From Octopus bimaculoides (lineage: Eukaryota), in assembly GCF_001194135.2 (NCBI RefSeq), contig NC_069004.1, positions 33,646,113-33,710,112 of the forward strand: DNA of 64,000 nucleotides, given 5' to 3'. The notes beneath the pieces are model-generated. The model worked only from the letters and a program-made list of their open reading frames with translations, had not been told where the DNA came from and did not search any database. Position numbers and translations under genes: made by a program. Positions 42,181 through 55,946 of this stretch are shown here, in pieces (within the stretch, counting starts at the first letter, position 1; each line of letters begins with the position of its first letter).

Positions 42181-43322
42181 ATATATAAAGTAGCTACCTA
42201 TCTTCATGTGGCTGCCACCCTTATTAAAATTGTCACACATTCTCATCTGAAGAACTGATCAACAGATAGATATATGTATGTGCTAGATACCCTTAATAAA
42301 ATACTTACACATCCGCATTTACCTGCAACTGAAGAGATGCATAAGTAATTCTCAGGAGAGATCTACCAGCTACCCTTGAAGTGATACTCAGGAGAGACAT
42401 ACCTGCCACCCTTATGTAACACCCAAGAGAATGTGGAAGGAAAGCGTAGGCTTTTCACCTACCCCATCTAGCACCTTAAGTAAAATCTAAAGAATACAAT
42501 AGAATGGGTGAGATTCTCAACCTCAACCACCCCTTAATACAATACCCAGAAGAAACGAAAAGGTGGGGTATACTCCCTCACCTCCTCTTCCTACACTTAA
42601 AACCAAGAAAAGGTGACTGAAGGAAGGGGTAGGGATGTACACCCACTCTCACCTACCAGATACCCTTAAGTATAATACCCAGGAGAAGCACGGGCGGGAT
42701 GGGGGTGGTTCCAAACCACACCAGCATGCCACCCTTAAAGTGTAATATATAAAGTAATAGTGAGAAAGGGTGAGAGAGGAATGAAGGGAGAGGGATACTT
42801 TCAATGTGGACTTCCTTCCACCCAGAGCCAAGCATCTACCCTCATCCCACCCGTATGTAATCTAAATAAAAGAAGAGGAAGTCTGTTGCATGTTTATAGT
42901 TCCATTATATTCGCTGGGAAACGTTGTTCATAGCCACAAAGCATAACACACACACACGCACGCACACACACATATACACACACACACATATACACACACA
43001 TCCACAATCTCAGAGGACAAGTGAGGAATGAACATGTAGCAAATTTGTTATCTAAACACACATAAATATATTACATCTCACGTCTTCCCTATATATAAAT
43101 ACATGTATGTATGTGTATATGCACATGTGTGTATGTCTATACATACATCTGTGTATGTGTATTCACATATGTGCGTGTGTGTGTGTCAATGTGTCTGTGT
43201 GCATTATATATACTAAGCATATGTATAGGGAACGCATATATTGGTGTGTGTGGAGTATGTATGCTTGTATGAATGTATGTATGTATGTATGTATGTGTGT
43301 ACGTGTGTATATATATATATAT

Positions 43323-43685
43323 ATTCTTTTACTTGTTTCAGTCATTTGACTGCGGCCATGCTGGAGCACCACCTTTAGACATATTCTATGTAAGCCTAGT
43401 ACTTACTCTATCAGTCTCTTTTGGTGAACTGCTATGTTACGGGGGACATAAACACACCAGCATTAGTTGTCAAGCGATGAATGGGGNNNNNNNNNNNNNN
43501 NNNNNNNNNNNNNNCAGACACAGACACACATATCATCATCATCATCATCATCATCGTTTAACGTCCGCTTTCCATGCTAGCATGGGTTGGACGATTTGAC
43601 TGAGGACTGGTGAAACCGGATGGCAACACCAGGCTCCAGTCTGATTTGGCAGAGTTTCTACAGCTGGATGCCCTTCCTAACGCCA

Positions 43686-43725
<40 letters not shown>

Positions 43726-43890
43726 GAAGGGCTTCTTTCAGTTTCCTTCTACCAAATCCACTCACAAGGCTTTGGTCGGTCCGAGGTTATAGTAGAAGAC
43801 ACTTGCCCAAGGTTACACGCAGTGGGACTGAACCCGGATTCATGTGGTTGGTAGGCAAGCTACTTACCACAGAGCCACTCCTGCACCTAT
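43323..43890 (-). mobile_element. SINE family 1 copy carrying a nested retroposon (43533-43686)
   Basis: 5' and 3' halves of family 1 flank a 5'-truncated family 3 element sitting inside the internal (TA)n tract. Confidence 0.8.
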
Positions 43891-43907
43891 ACATTAGATA
43901 TATATAA

Positions 43908-43978
<71 letters not shown>

Positions 43979-45186
43979 AAGAGAGAGAGGTGTAGATATG
44001 GCAATGTGGTAAGAAGTTTGTTTCCCATTCCCAGCCATGTCGTTTTGGGTTCAGTCCCAGTTCAGCCCCACTGCATGGCCCTTTGGGCAAGTGTCTTCGA
44101 CCATAGCCTCATGCGAACCAAAGCCTTGCGAGTGGGTTTAGCTAAATATCTTTGCAGGTCAATGACAAAGCTTCTATATGGTAGCTTGAACTGCTAGAAA
44201 TAGCTGCTAAACCTACCTCAATCCACACTTTAGATACATTGAAAATTCAAAAAAAGCATTGCATATAATATTATTCCTAGGTACATTATATCTGAAAGAC
44301 AAGATGGTCACAGCTGGAAAGTCCTTTGATCATAACTGTACTTAATTAGGAGTGATTGGCTCAGGGCTAAACAACAGCAACAAATTGACATTTCTCTTTA
44401 ATCAGTTTTTCCATTCCGTTGGATCCAATCCAATTTTAAGTGGAAGCGGTGGTGGGACAAAAAGGCTGTTGCTATAGCAACAGAATCTTGAGTGATGTTT
44501 ATTAACTGTTTATAAATAAATAATTAACATTTTTTCTTTATTTTTTTTTGTATTAATTTCTTTCTTTTATCAATAAACACTTGATTTATTAACTTTTATA
44601 TGATTTTGTTATGTTTTTCTTTTGTTTTACACGTAAATAGACATCGATACATACACACACATACATACACACACATACATACATGCCTGAAAACATACTC
44701 ATATAATTACATACATACACAGATAAATATGCACATATACTTTCATATACACATATATACATACAGACACATACATAGATTCATACACAAGCAAACATAT
44801 ACATACACACACATATATAAATACATATACACACATGCATACAGACATACGTATTACTCATACACATAGACATGCACAAACATACACATATACGTACACA
44901 CATTCATTGATACATATACTCACACATATCAACATATACATATACACACAGAGATTTATATATTCTATACAGGCACACACACATACATACACACAGATGC
45001 ATATAGACACACACACACACACACACACTCATACAGATGCACACCCATGCAGTCACATACATAGATACATACACACACATTTATGCATATACACACAAAT
45101 AAGTCTGAACATACGTTCATGCACACACACACGCATGCACACGCACACACACGCACGCACACGCACACACACTCGCACACACACGT

Positions 45187-45222
<36 letters not shown>

Positions 45223-46805
45223 CACTCAGAGCAATGGGTCACAAATTCAATTTAAACCAAAAGCCAAATTATATTACAACATTCATAATGAAGTCTTTAA
45301 TTACTTCTAGTTAACAATAATCATTAGATTAAGACAAATTAATGAAAGAGCCAATACATGGACGTTCAGCCTGCTAGAAATAGTAGCCAAATTTCTCCTG
45401 AAAATGATCTCACACGTCCTAACCTGATGACTCACAAAAAGGAAGGACATTAAACAATATAGAGTTGTTGTTTGGAAGCAAAAAGATGGGATGGTCATAA
45501 TTGGAATGCATGTAACCATAGACAGGCTCTGGACAGTCAGATATGGGGTTAATAACAACAGCAATGAGATGTTGATGATGGTGATGATGATGATGACGAT
45601 GATGATGATGATGTGCTGGTGGTGTCAATGATGATGGAGAATGGAGGGGAGGTGACGATGATGGGNNNNNNNNNNTGGTGTCAATGATGATGGAGAATGG
45701 AGGGGAGGTGACGATGATGGGGGGGGGTGATTGTTGTGATGATGATGATGATGGTGGAATAGTGATAACGATCACGATAATGATGATGGATGATGATGAT
45801 GATGATGATGTGGTGGTGATGATGTATGATTGCTGTGGTGATGGTGAGGGGGACGGTTGTAGTGATGACAAAGATGACGGGGATGATGAGGTTGGTGATG
45901 ATGGTGATGATAATGTGTGGTAGTGGTGGTGGTGGTGGTGGTGGTGGTGGCAGCACTGTTAATTAACCCTAATCAGACAAAATTCATCTAATTTAAAAAT
46001 CTCTGTGAATGGAGAGGTTACCTAAAGGGAAGAAATGATTCAGTTATTAAGATAGAATGAAGTGTTTGTTTAGCCCTAGGTCAGTCCTGATCCAGTAGAC
46101 CCATTACCAAAAGTATTCCCGTAACTTAACAGTTCAGCAAAAGAGACTGATAGAATAAGTACCAGGTTTTACAAAAAGAAAACAATAAATAAATTAAAAG
46201 AATAAGTACTGGGGTTGATACGCTTGACAGAAATTCTTCAAGGTGGTGCCCCAGCTTGGCCACAGTCTCATGAATGAAACAAGTAAAAGATAAAAGATAT
46301 ATCTATTGTTTTTCTTTTTATACAGAGTCAGATTGAAGGCGGTTTAGCTTCTACTTCTAGTAGGTCAAGCGATAACGCTGAGGTGTCAAAACCAGTTCAG
46401 TATTGATGTATTGAAGATAAAGTCTCACCTCTCCTTGCCTGCTTGTTATGATGTGTTGAAGAGGGGACTAAGTAGGGGGTACGGGTGAGGAGCTTGGTCT
46501 ACATTAGCAACACTTAATTCGACAAATAATTAAATAAACAAATAAATGTAAAAAAAAAAAAGCAAGAGATGTTGGTTGGTGTGTGTTGAGTGTAGAGGAA
46601 ATATTTAATGTGTTGTACAGGCCCCTCCATTGGGGTAAGTGAGGGGGAACATAAGTAAGTACTTCTTATGATAATAATCACCAAGTGAAAGAGGGTACCC
46701 AGCTGCAAACAACAACAACAATATATATATATGTATGTATATATATTATGGGTATGTACTTGCATAGCAAGTGACTTGATCTGAGATTGTGTGTTGAAAA
46801 ACAAA

Positions 46806-47082
46806 AACAATTTCAGCGTGGAAGATGTTTGTAAGCCATTCAAGAACACACAAAAACCGTTAGATTCCCTTCAACATTTAAATTTCATTTGTGTCAAAAT
46901 GTTTCCATCTCTTTGAAAGCACAACCTGTTCACTGACAGCATGAAGTTTTGTCTGTGAACAGGTCGTGGTTTCAAAGACATGAAAATATTTTGACACAAA
47001 TTAAATTCAAATGTTGAAGTGAAACTAACGGTTTTTGTGTGTTTTTAAATGGCTTACAAACATCTTCCACGCTGAAATTGTT
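46806..47082. mobile_element. Fold-back (palindromic) MITE with ~125-bp inverted arms
   Basis: AACAATTTCAGCGTGGAAGATGTTTGTAAGCCATT...CCTGTTCAC is mirrored by GTGAACAGG...AATGGCTTACAAACATCTTCCACGCTGAAATTGTT. Confidence 0.8.
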
Positions 47083-49636
47083 TATATATATATTGAATGT
47101 AAATTGAAAACAGAGCATAAAGGATATCGCGGTAGACGTGTTTCAAGCTGTTTTCAATTTACGTTCAATATATTCTTTCACCTCTGCCACTATTTGGCAT
47201 ATACAGGTGCTTACACTTATCAAGTATCGCCTCTAAAATTTACAGTACCTATATATATATATATATAAATCAAGAAAGGGGTGTCTCAAGGTTGTTGTTC
47301 AAGCTGCTAGAAATAGCAGCCGAACCTTCCTTAAATCATACTGTATTGTCTTAGAAGCAATAGAAAGATACAGTAAACTATGTAGGCTCAGGCATATTAC
47401 GTCTGTAGGGGAAAAAGAAGGCATGGTCATGGCTGGAAAGTCATTGATCCCAGGTCTGCTGGATCAGGTCTGGTATGGAGTTAAAATAATAAAAAAAATA
47501 GACAGATGACCATCACTTGTGAGTGAGTATGGCTTGGTCCTGTGGGTTCACTAATTGTTTAAGGAGCCTGGGGAGTCAGGACCAGGCATAAATAACTCCT
47601 TTGCTCATTCACCCTTGACCCAATAGGACATCAATGATATGACAATGGGGGAGGGTTGCACCAGGGCCTGGTTGGTACTTATAGCAGCTGAGTAGGCTGA
47701 GGCAATATGAAATGAAGTGTCTTGTGCAAGGACACGATATAAACACTTGATCCAGTTTTGGAAGTTGAAATTACACCATCACAATCATGTTAACCTTGAG
47801 GCTACACACAACTTCAAAGTTAAACAATAGCAACAGCAACATTACCAACAACAATAACAATAAAAACCAACCCCAGCGAAAGAAGAAGCTTGTGTGTAAT
47901 CATGCAACTTGCTAGAAATAGCAACCATCGATTGACAACTGATGTTGGTGTGTTTACATTGTCGTTTAACATCTGCTTTCCATACTAGCATGGGTTGGAC
48001 GATTTGACTGAGGACTGGTGAAACCAGTAGGCTGCACCAGGCTCCAACTGTCTGATTTGGCAGAGTTTCTACAGCTGGATGCCCTTCCTAACGCCAACCA
48101 CTCCGAGAGTGTAGTGGGTGCTTTTATGTGCCACCGGCATGTCAGGCAGTACTGGCAACGGCCGTCCCCGTAATTTAGCAGTTCGGCAAAAGAGACCAAT
48201 AGAATAAGTGCTAGGTGTACAAAGAATAAGTCCTGCGGTTGAGATGGTCATAGGTGGAATACTTTTGATCATAAGGTCTACTCAATCAGGTTTAACTTGC
48301 GGACAACAACAACAACAGCTGAAAGAAATGTGACCCAGGAGAATAAAAAAGATCTTTTTTCCAGGGATACAGCAAAACATCTGTAGTGGGTTCAAACTCA
48401 GGAAATCAAGGGCAGTTAGTCTAATACCCTATCCACCCACCCAGCTTCCACCCAGCTTCCACCCAGTTGTCACAGCTACCCCACACCTCTCCATGTACAT
48501 ACCCTTAATTAAGAAGGGAGCAGCAGCAGCAGCAGCAGCAACCACTTCCTGATTAGGGTAGTTAATAATTGGTTGTTTTATTTGTTAGAAATAGCAGTCA
48601 GGCACTGCGACATTAAGGCAGGTGCACATTGGAAAGTTAGCCAGGGGTCTCAGGGACCAAGGGACCCAATTCTGATCTATGCATGTTGTGGCTTGCCGTC
48701 AATAAATATACATTATAGGGTCCAATGCATGGATTTGTCCAGGGGTCTTTAATGCCTGTAGTCAGGTCTCCCTCGAACTGCACCTAAAAATGCCTAACAA
48801 TAAAAGGGAAGGTTTATATTGGATAATGTAGTCCCCAGAGAGGGTTGGAAATGGAGTGGCGTTTGAATAGTGAGTTCCATTTGTACTGACCTGGGGCTAA
48901 AGAAGAATAGCAGCAGCAGTGACAAACACTTCCGGCTGGATGTAACTGTTGTTATAACCAGCATGAAACCCACCAACACATCCTGGCGACAATAATTAAC
49001 AAAACCATTGAACCAATTAGAAAGATGAGGGGACCAGCCTCCATGTCAGCAGCTGGAGTGGGGTGGGGTGGGGTGGGGTCGTAGGGTAGGGTTAGAAGGG
49101 GTGGTTGAAGTCAGTGGTGGTTGCTTGTTCTTTAACCCTTGGTCAGGTTTGATCCAGCATACATACACATATTGAATCTTATTGAATCACAAAATTATGA
49201 TTTTATTACTTTTTATTTTTACATAAAGAATGCAATACTACATGCATAAGCACAAGACACTCATGCATGTATGCACATACACGCACACACACACACACTG
49301 TACAACAGGCTTCCATATAGTTTCCGCCCATCAAATTCCACTCACAAAGCATTGGTCAACCTGAATCTAACATAAAAGATATTTTCCTCGTGTACTACAC
49401 GGTGGGATTGAACCAGCAACCACGTAGATACGAACCAAACCTTTTCACTACACATTTACACCTGCATTTACGATGGCAATGTGTAATGCTTCTGAGGAAT
49501 TAATATCTTGGAACATGTGTTGTGTTTGGAATTTTGGAATTTCTAAGATTGATAAAGAATTTCATCTCAACCACACCAGAAGCAATGTGGAACATATCAA
49601 AATGATAATTCTATAGGGTCATATATCTAGGTGCAG

Positions 49637-49699
<63 letters not shown>

Positions 49700-50344
49700 G
49701 TGTTTGTGTGTGCGTGTGTACAGGTTTGGTGATGCAAACAGGAAAAATAGAACTCAATACACAAGTATATACCACCACCACCACCACCACCGCTGCCGCT
49801 GCCGCCACCACCACCACCATCATCATTTAACATCTGCTTTCCATGCTGGCATGGGTTGTACATTTTGACAGGAGCTGGGAAGGCAGGAGCCTGCACCAGG
49901 ATTCAGTATCTGTTTTGGCATGAATTTTTTTTTAACAGCCGGATGCATTCCCTAACACCAACCACCTTGCAGAGTGGACTGAGTGCTTTTTCTGTGGCAC
50001 CAGCACAGGTAAGGTCAGTTTTGGCAAGGTTTTTAAAGCTGGATGCCCTTCCAGACACCATCCACTTTACAGTGAGTGTACTTTAGGAAGGTCACCCAAC
50101 TGCAGAAAGCTTATCAAAGTAGACATAAGCACAGGCATGGCTNNNNNNNNNNGAAAGCTTATCAAAGTAGACATAAGCACAGGCATGGCTGTGTGCTAAG
50201 AAGCTTGCTTCCCAACCACATGGTTCCAGGTTCAGTCTCACTGCATGACACCTAAGGCAAGAGTCTTCTACTATAGCCTTGGGCCAACAAAAGCCTCACG
50301 AGTGGATTTGGTAGACAGAAACTGAAATTTGCCTGTCATGTACT

Positions 50345-50668
50345 GGTACTCGGTTGGTTACGAAGATGAGGGTTCCAGTTGATCTGATCAACAGAACAGC
50401 CTGCTCGTGAAATTAACGAGCATGTGGCTGAGCACTCCACAGACACATGTAGCCTTAATGTAATTCCCAGCAAGATTCAGTGCGACACAGAGTGTGACAA
50501 GGTTGGCCCCATTGAATTACAGGTACTACTAATTTTTTTATCAGCTGAATGGACTGGAGCAGCGTGAAATGAAGTGTCTTGCTCAAGGACACAACACACC
50601 ACCAGGAATTGAAATAATTAACCTTATGATCATGAGCCGATGGCTTACCAATAAGCCACGGGCCTTTA
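50345..50668 (-). mobile_element. tRNA-derived SINE family 4
   Basis: Central TTGAGCAAGACACTTCATTTCACGCTGCTCCAGTCC domain shared with the copy at 56500-56760 and fragments at 47660-47810. Confidence 0.7.
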
Positions 50669-50999
50669 CGTTTGTTGTATATATGTACATGTGTGTGTGT
50701 GTGTGTGTGTGTTTATGACTGTGTTTGTCCCGCACCACCGCTTGACAACCAGTGTTGCTTTGTTTATGTCCCTGCAACTTGGCAGCAAGACAGACTGATA
50801 GAATAAGTACCAAGCTTAAAAGCAAAAACCCCAAAATAAGTCCTGTGGGAGGTCAATTCATACTTCAAGGTGGTGCCCCAGCTTAGCCACAGTCTAATGA
50901 CTGAAACAAGTGAAAGATAAAAAGCCCTCCATGTCGTGTCAACATGGAACATGGATGGTTGACAATGATGATTATGAGGATGATGATGATGATGATGTG

Positions 51000-51068
<69 letters not shown>

Positions 51069-51412
51069 NNNNNNNNNNTATCATAAATTGAAAAGGGGTT
51101 TCAGATTCACTCTGGTTTACGTTGAGCTAACCCCTAATCTCTCTGTCAGGGCCCCCTTATGTTTCTGTGCCCTTTTCTCCTCCCCTCCTTGCCGTTTTCA
51201 CTAGAAAGACAACAATCATAGAAATTAGATCCTTTAACACCCCCTTGTTGTCACTATGTTGTTCCCTCCTGTTCCCTAGAACCCCACCCATTTTGGGGTG
51301 AGATCTACAATACTGTTAAGGAAGTGGTCCTTAAAGGAGGGGGAGAGAGGTGGAAGATAAAGGGGAGAAGGAGGAGGTAGAAAGAGGGAGAGAGAGAGAG
51401 AGAGGGAAAGAG

Positions 51413-51451
<39 letters not shown>

Positions 51452-52439
51452 GAAAGAGAAAGACAAAGAAAGAGAGAGAGATAAGAGTGAGACAAAGAAA
51501 AAAGAGAGTAAGAAAGAGAGACAGAGATAAAGAGAGGAGAGAGAGAGAGTGATAAAGAAAAGGAAAGACAGAATGAGAAAAAGAGAGAGACAGAGAGAGA
51601 AAGAGGAAGAGTGTGAAAGAAAAATAGTGAGAGAAAGAGAGGGAGAGAGAAAGAAAACAAGACAGACAGACAGACAGGGAAACTCCAATTTTCATTCATA
51701 AACCCTTTCCTTTTTATTTCTTTTTTACTTATTCGTTTATTTATTTGTTTATTTTTGGTAAGCTAAATTGATCCCAAAAGAAATTAACTTCAACTTTTTT
51801 TCTTTCCCCATTTGTCTTATATTTTTTCTTTCTTTTTTTTTCTTTTTCACCTTTTTCTACTTCAAGATGAAAATGAAACCAGAGCCTCAGGAGTGTTTAA
51901 ATAGGCGGATTAATAAACAGCATCACCACGATCATCATTGTCGTCATCACCACTAACACCACCACCACCACCAACAACNNNNNNNNNNNNNNNNNNNNNN
52001 NNNNNNNNNNNNNNNNNNNNNNNNNNNNNNNNNNNNNNNNNNNNNNNNNNNNNNNNNNNNNNNNNNNNNNNNNNNNNNNNNNNNNNNNNNNNNNNNNNNN
52101 NNNNNNNNNNNNNNNNNNNNNNNNNNNNNNNNNNNNNNNNNNNNNNNNNNNNNNNNNNNCCCGAAAGTTAAATACATTTTAGATCATATATCTTGCATTT
52201 AAAATGGTTCTCATCTGGATTAACCTTGACTCCAGCGCCCACACTGCCACCACCACCACCACCACCACCACCACGCATAAGTACCGAACTGGCAGAAGCA
52301 TAAGAGCACTGGCAAGAAATGTCTTGCCATAGTTATTCCATACTTATTCTAGCGTCTTGCGTTTGGAGTTCAAATCTCACCAAGGTTGACATTGCTTTCC
52401 ATTCTCCATGGGGCTGGTAATTAATGAAGCAATCTAGGA

Positions 52440-52617
52440 GAGTGAGCTGGCCAGAACCATTTAGGGTTCGAAATTTCCCCAAGACACCCGTTGAAAGCTG
52501 GAGGGTGTATCAGCTGAAACGTTGTGTTAACAACAAACAAGATGAGGACAAATATCCGTCAAATGTAAATAATGTACATAATGTACATAATTCCTCATCT
52601 CTTAAATATAGAACTGT
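52440..52617 (+). mobile_element. Second Penelope-like repeat family with type I hammerhead-like fold (52483-52528)
   Basis: GACAC-CCGTTGA-A-AGCTG-(10 nt)-CAGCT-GAAA-CG-TT-GTGTT: stem I GACAC/GTGTT, 5-bp stem II, palindromic minimal stem III (ACGT); core mutated. Confidence 0.55.
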
Positions 52618-53245
52618 TTCAGATTACTTTGTCAAATCTAATGCTTATTTATTCATGTTCTTTTAAATCAATCATTCATTATCAAATAATTTAAAAATTT
52701 CAATGACGCTTTCCTTTATATTTAGAATGACAATGTAGGAGGGTGCAAGAGGCTGGACCTGGCCAGTTTCAACATAAAACAGGTTGAGTATTTGGTCCCA
52801 ATATGGCCTGTTTAAATGCTAAAGGGTTAACATTTTACTGGAGTTCACTCTGTTGTGAGCATTTGAATGAAGTCTCTGGCCTGAGAATCCTTTTCTCCCT
52901 CCTGCCTAGCTTTCTCGGAGACCCTGAATAGCAGTTGTGCGCACGGCCCCACCCTTCCTCTTGACTAAGCAAAAAGAAGAAAACCTGGCCGGATTGCAAC
53001 AGAATAAACTCTGCTAGTGATATCAAATGTGGTTGGTGGTGATAAATCAAGAGGTGAATTAAGTGTACCCCTAGATAGGTACTTTATTTATCAACCCTGC
53101 AAAGACGAAAGGGGAGGTTTGAATTTTACAGAAAACTGAAACAAACAGCACAGGGCATTCTATCTGATGCTCCAACGACCCTGTCATTTGGCTGCCGGTT
53201 TAATACAGGGCCAATTAAATGGTAGCGTACATCACAACATTTACA

Positions 53246-53400
53246 TAATCCTAATCCTAACCCTAATCCTAACCTTAGTCTTAACCTTAACCCTAGCCTA
53301 AACCCTAATCCTAATCCTACACTTAACCCAAATCCTAAACCCAATCCTAACCCTAATCAAAACCGTAACCCTACTCTAATCCTAACCCTAATCCTAAACC
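53246..53400. repeat. Degenerate interstitial telomere-like (CCCTAA/TCCTAA)n tract
   Basis: ~25 imperfect hexamers CCCTAA/TCCTAA/CCTTAA. Confidence 0.8.
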
Positions 53401-54006
53401 TGTTTCTTTGGGTTAGAAATTAGGGATTAGAAAGAATCCAAAAATCCACCTTGTGGTAGTTAGACATGTATCTTTACATTCTGTGTTCAAATCCCACCAA
53501 AGTTCCATGTTGTCTTTTGTCCTTTCAGGGGTTGAAAAAAATAAGCAGGAAATTGTTGGGGAAGAAAGCGGAGGGGTAGGGGTCAATATAGTCTGCAATA
53601 TTCTTGAAAGCAATGCCTAAACACTGCCGCAGTTGCGGTAAAAGAGAAAGCTGTAGGGAGGTGGGGGTTGTGGAGGAGGGTGCTCTACTTTTCGGTTGGT
53701 TGATCTACTATAAATAGCAACCAAAGCATTCAACTCAAACTGTGTTCCACTGAATTAAAAAGAATTTTAAGGAAAGAAACATCGAATAACGGAGTCTCGG
53801 ATAGACGATGCCAGCGAAAATTGAAGACAGGATGGTCATCGTTGGAATGCTTTTTGACAAGAAGCCTGTCCAGAGACTAAACAACAATTAGTGAAAGGGA
53901 AAAAGAATGAAAGCAGCAACATCATCATCATCATCATCAGTAGTAATAGTAGTAGCATCATCAGCAGCAGTAATGGTAGTAGTAGTAGTAGTAGCAGCAG
54001 TAGTAA

Positions 54007-54038
<32 letters not shown>

Positions 54039-55691
54039 CTAGTAGTAACTGTAGTCGTAGTATAGTAGTAGTAGAGGAGGAGGAAGAGGGAGAGGAGGAA
54101 GTAGGTAAAGTTCTGTGATACCATTAACTCTACCTTCACCAACATTGAAGCCATGTTAAGTGAGAGGGTGGTGGTGGTGGTGGTGGTGGTGGCCACGGTT
54201 GAGGGGGGGGGACGTACACAACAGCCAAGGAATAAGACTGGTTCTTGTATTCTTCTACCCAGGTGTCTTNNNNNNNNNNNNNNNNNNNNNNNNNNNNNNN
54301 NNNNNNNNNNNNNNNNNNNNNNNNNNNNNNNNNNNNNNNNNNNNNNNNNNNNNNNNNNNNNNNNNNNNNNNNNNNNNNNNNNNNNNNNNNNNNNNNNNNN
54401 NNNNNNNNNNNNNNNNNNNNNNNNNNNNNNNNNNNNNNNNNNNNNNNNNNNNNNNNNNNNNNNNNNNNNNNNNNNNNNNNNNNNNNNNNNNNNNNNNNNN
54501 NNNNNNNNNNNNNNNNNNNNNNNNNNNNNNNNNNNNNNNNNNNNNNNNNNNNNNNNNNNNNNNNNNNNNNNNNNNNNNNNNNNNNNNNNNNNNNNNNNNN
54601 NNNNNNNNNNNNNNNNNNNNNNNNNNNNNNNNNNNNNNNNNNNNNNNNNNNNNNNNNNNNNNNNNNNNNNNNNNNNNNNNNNNNNNNNNNNNNNNNNNNN
54701 NNNNNNNNNNNNNNNNNNNNNNNNNNNNNNNNNNNNNNNNNNNNNNNNNNNNNNNNNNNNNNNNNNNNNNNNNNNNNNNNNNNNNNNNNNNNNNNNNNNN
54801 NNNNNNNNNNNNNNNNNNNNNNNNNNNNNNNNNNNNNNNNNNNNNNNNNNNNNNNNNNNNNNNNNNNNNNNNNNNNNNNNNNNNNNNNNNNNNNNNNNNN
54901 NNNNNNNNNNNNNNNNNNNNNNNNNNNNNNNNNNNNNNNNNNNNNNNNNNNNNNNNNGGCTTGAAGAGGATGTGCGAGTGTTGGTTAGGGGGCTGGGGAG
55001 TGGAGAATGTTTGGCACACGGTAAGGAAGGAGGAGATACGCTGAGGGTGGAGGGGGATAAGCGGGGGGGGCAGGGTTGTCCGGATGAAGAAAGGGGTAGA
55101 AGGGAAATAGGGTAATTGTGGTTAGTGTGTGTGTGTGTGGGGGTGAACAACGGGTATGAGGGGGGGCGTATGCAAAGGACTGAAGTGTGAACAGATTTAG
55201 AGATTTCACGCGTATATTCATCCGTAGACATCGTTCGTGTACACGGGACCAAAACACACACACACACACACATACACACACACTATTATATGCTCGCACA
55301 GACACACAAACATCACCACCACCACCACCACCACCAACGAAAAGGATGGCGGGAGGAGGAGGAGGAGGGGTGATACAGTCTCTTTGAAGCAGATAGACAA
55401 AGGTGAGAGGGAGGACAGAGAGAAAGAGAAGGGTAGAGATGAACAGAGGGGGAAAAAAACGGCTACTGTGATCACCAGAGGTGGAGCGAAGGATTTTGAT
55501 AACAATAACCAGCATATAACAGAATATAACATTATTTGGGGATTTGATTGGTAATAAACAGATGGCTTTTAATCAACTTCAAATAAATAGTTTGAGACAT
55601 CCTAATTTGGTAACAATAACTATTTGATAATATTGTCTGTGATTACAATAAACGGATTCATATATGTATATACGTCATATACACCAAATAT

Positions 55692-55946
55692 GCCCGGCGT
55701 GCTAACGATTCTTATTTCCTTATTGCCCACAAGGGGCTAAACATAGAGGGGACAAACAAGGACAGATGAACGGATTAAGTCGATTACATCAACCCAGTGC
55801 GTAACTGGTACTTAATTTATCGACCCCCGAAAGGATGAAAGGCAAAGTCGACCTCGGCGGAATTTGAACTCAGAACGTAGCGGCAGACGAAATACCGCTA
55901 AGCATTTCGCCCGGCGTGCTAACGTTTCTGCCAGCTCACCGCCTTC
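55692..55946 (-). mobile_element. tRNA-derived SINE family 2
   Basis: Minus strand GGCGGTGAGCTGGCAGAAACGTTAGC...GAGTTCAAATTCCGCCGAGGTCGACTTTGCCTTTCATCCTTTCGGGGGTCGATAAATTAAGTACC with B-box GAGTTCAAATTCC; degenerate copies near 13330-13430, 31160-31270, 31880-31950, 52290-52420, 53070-53210, 62005-62070. Confidence 0.8.
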
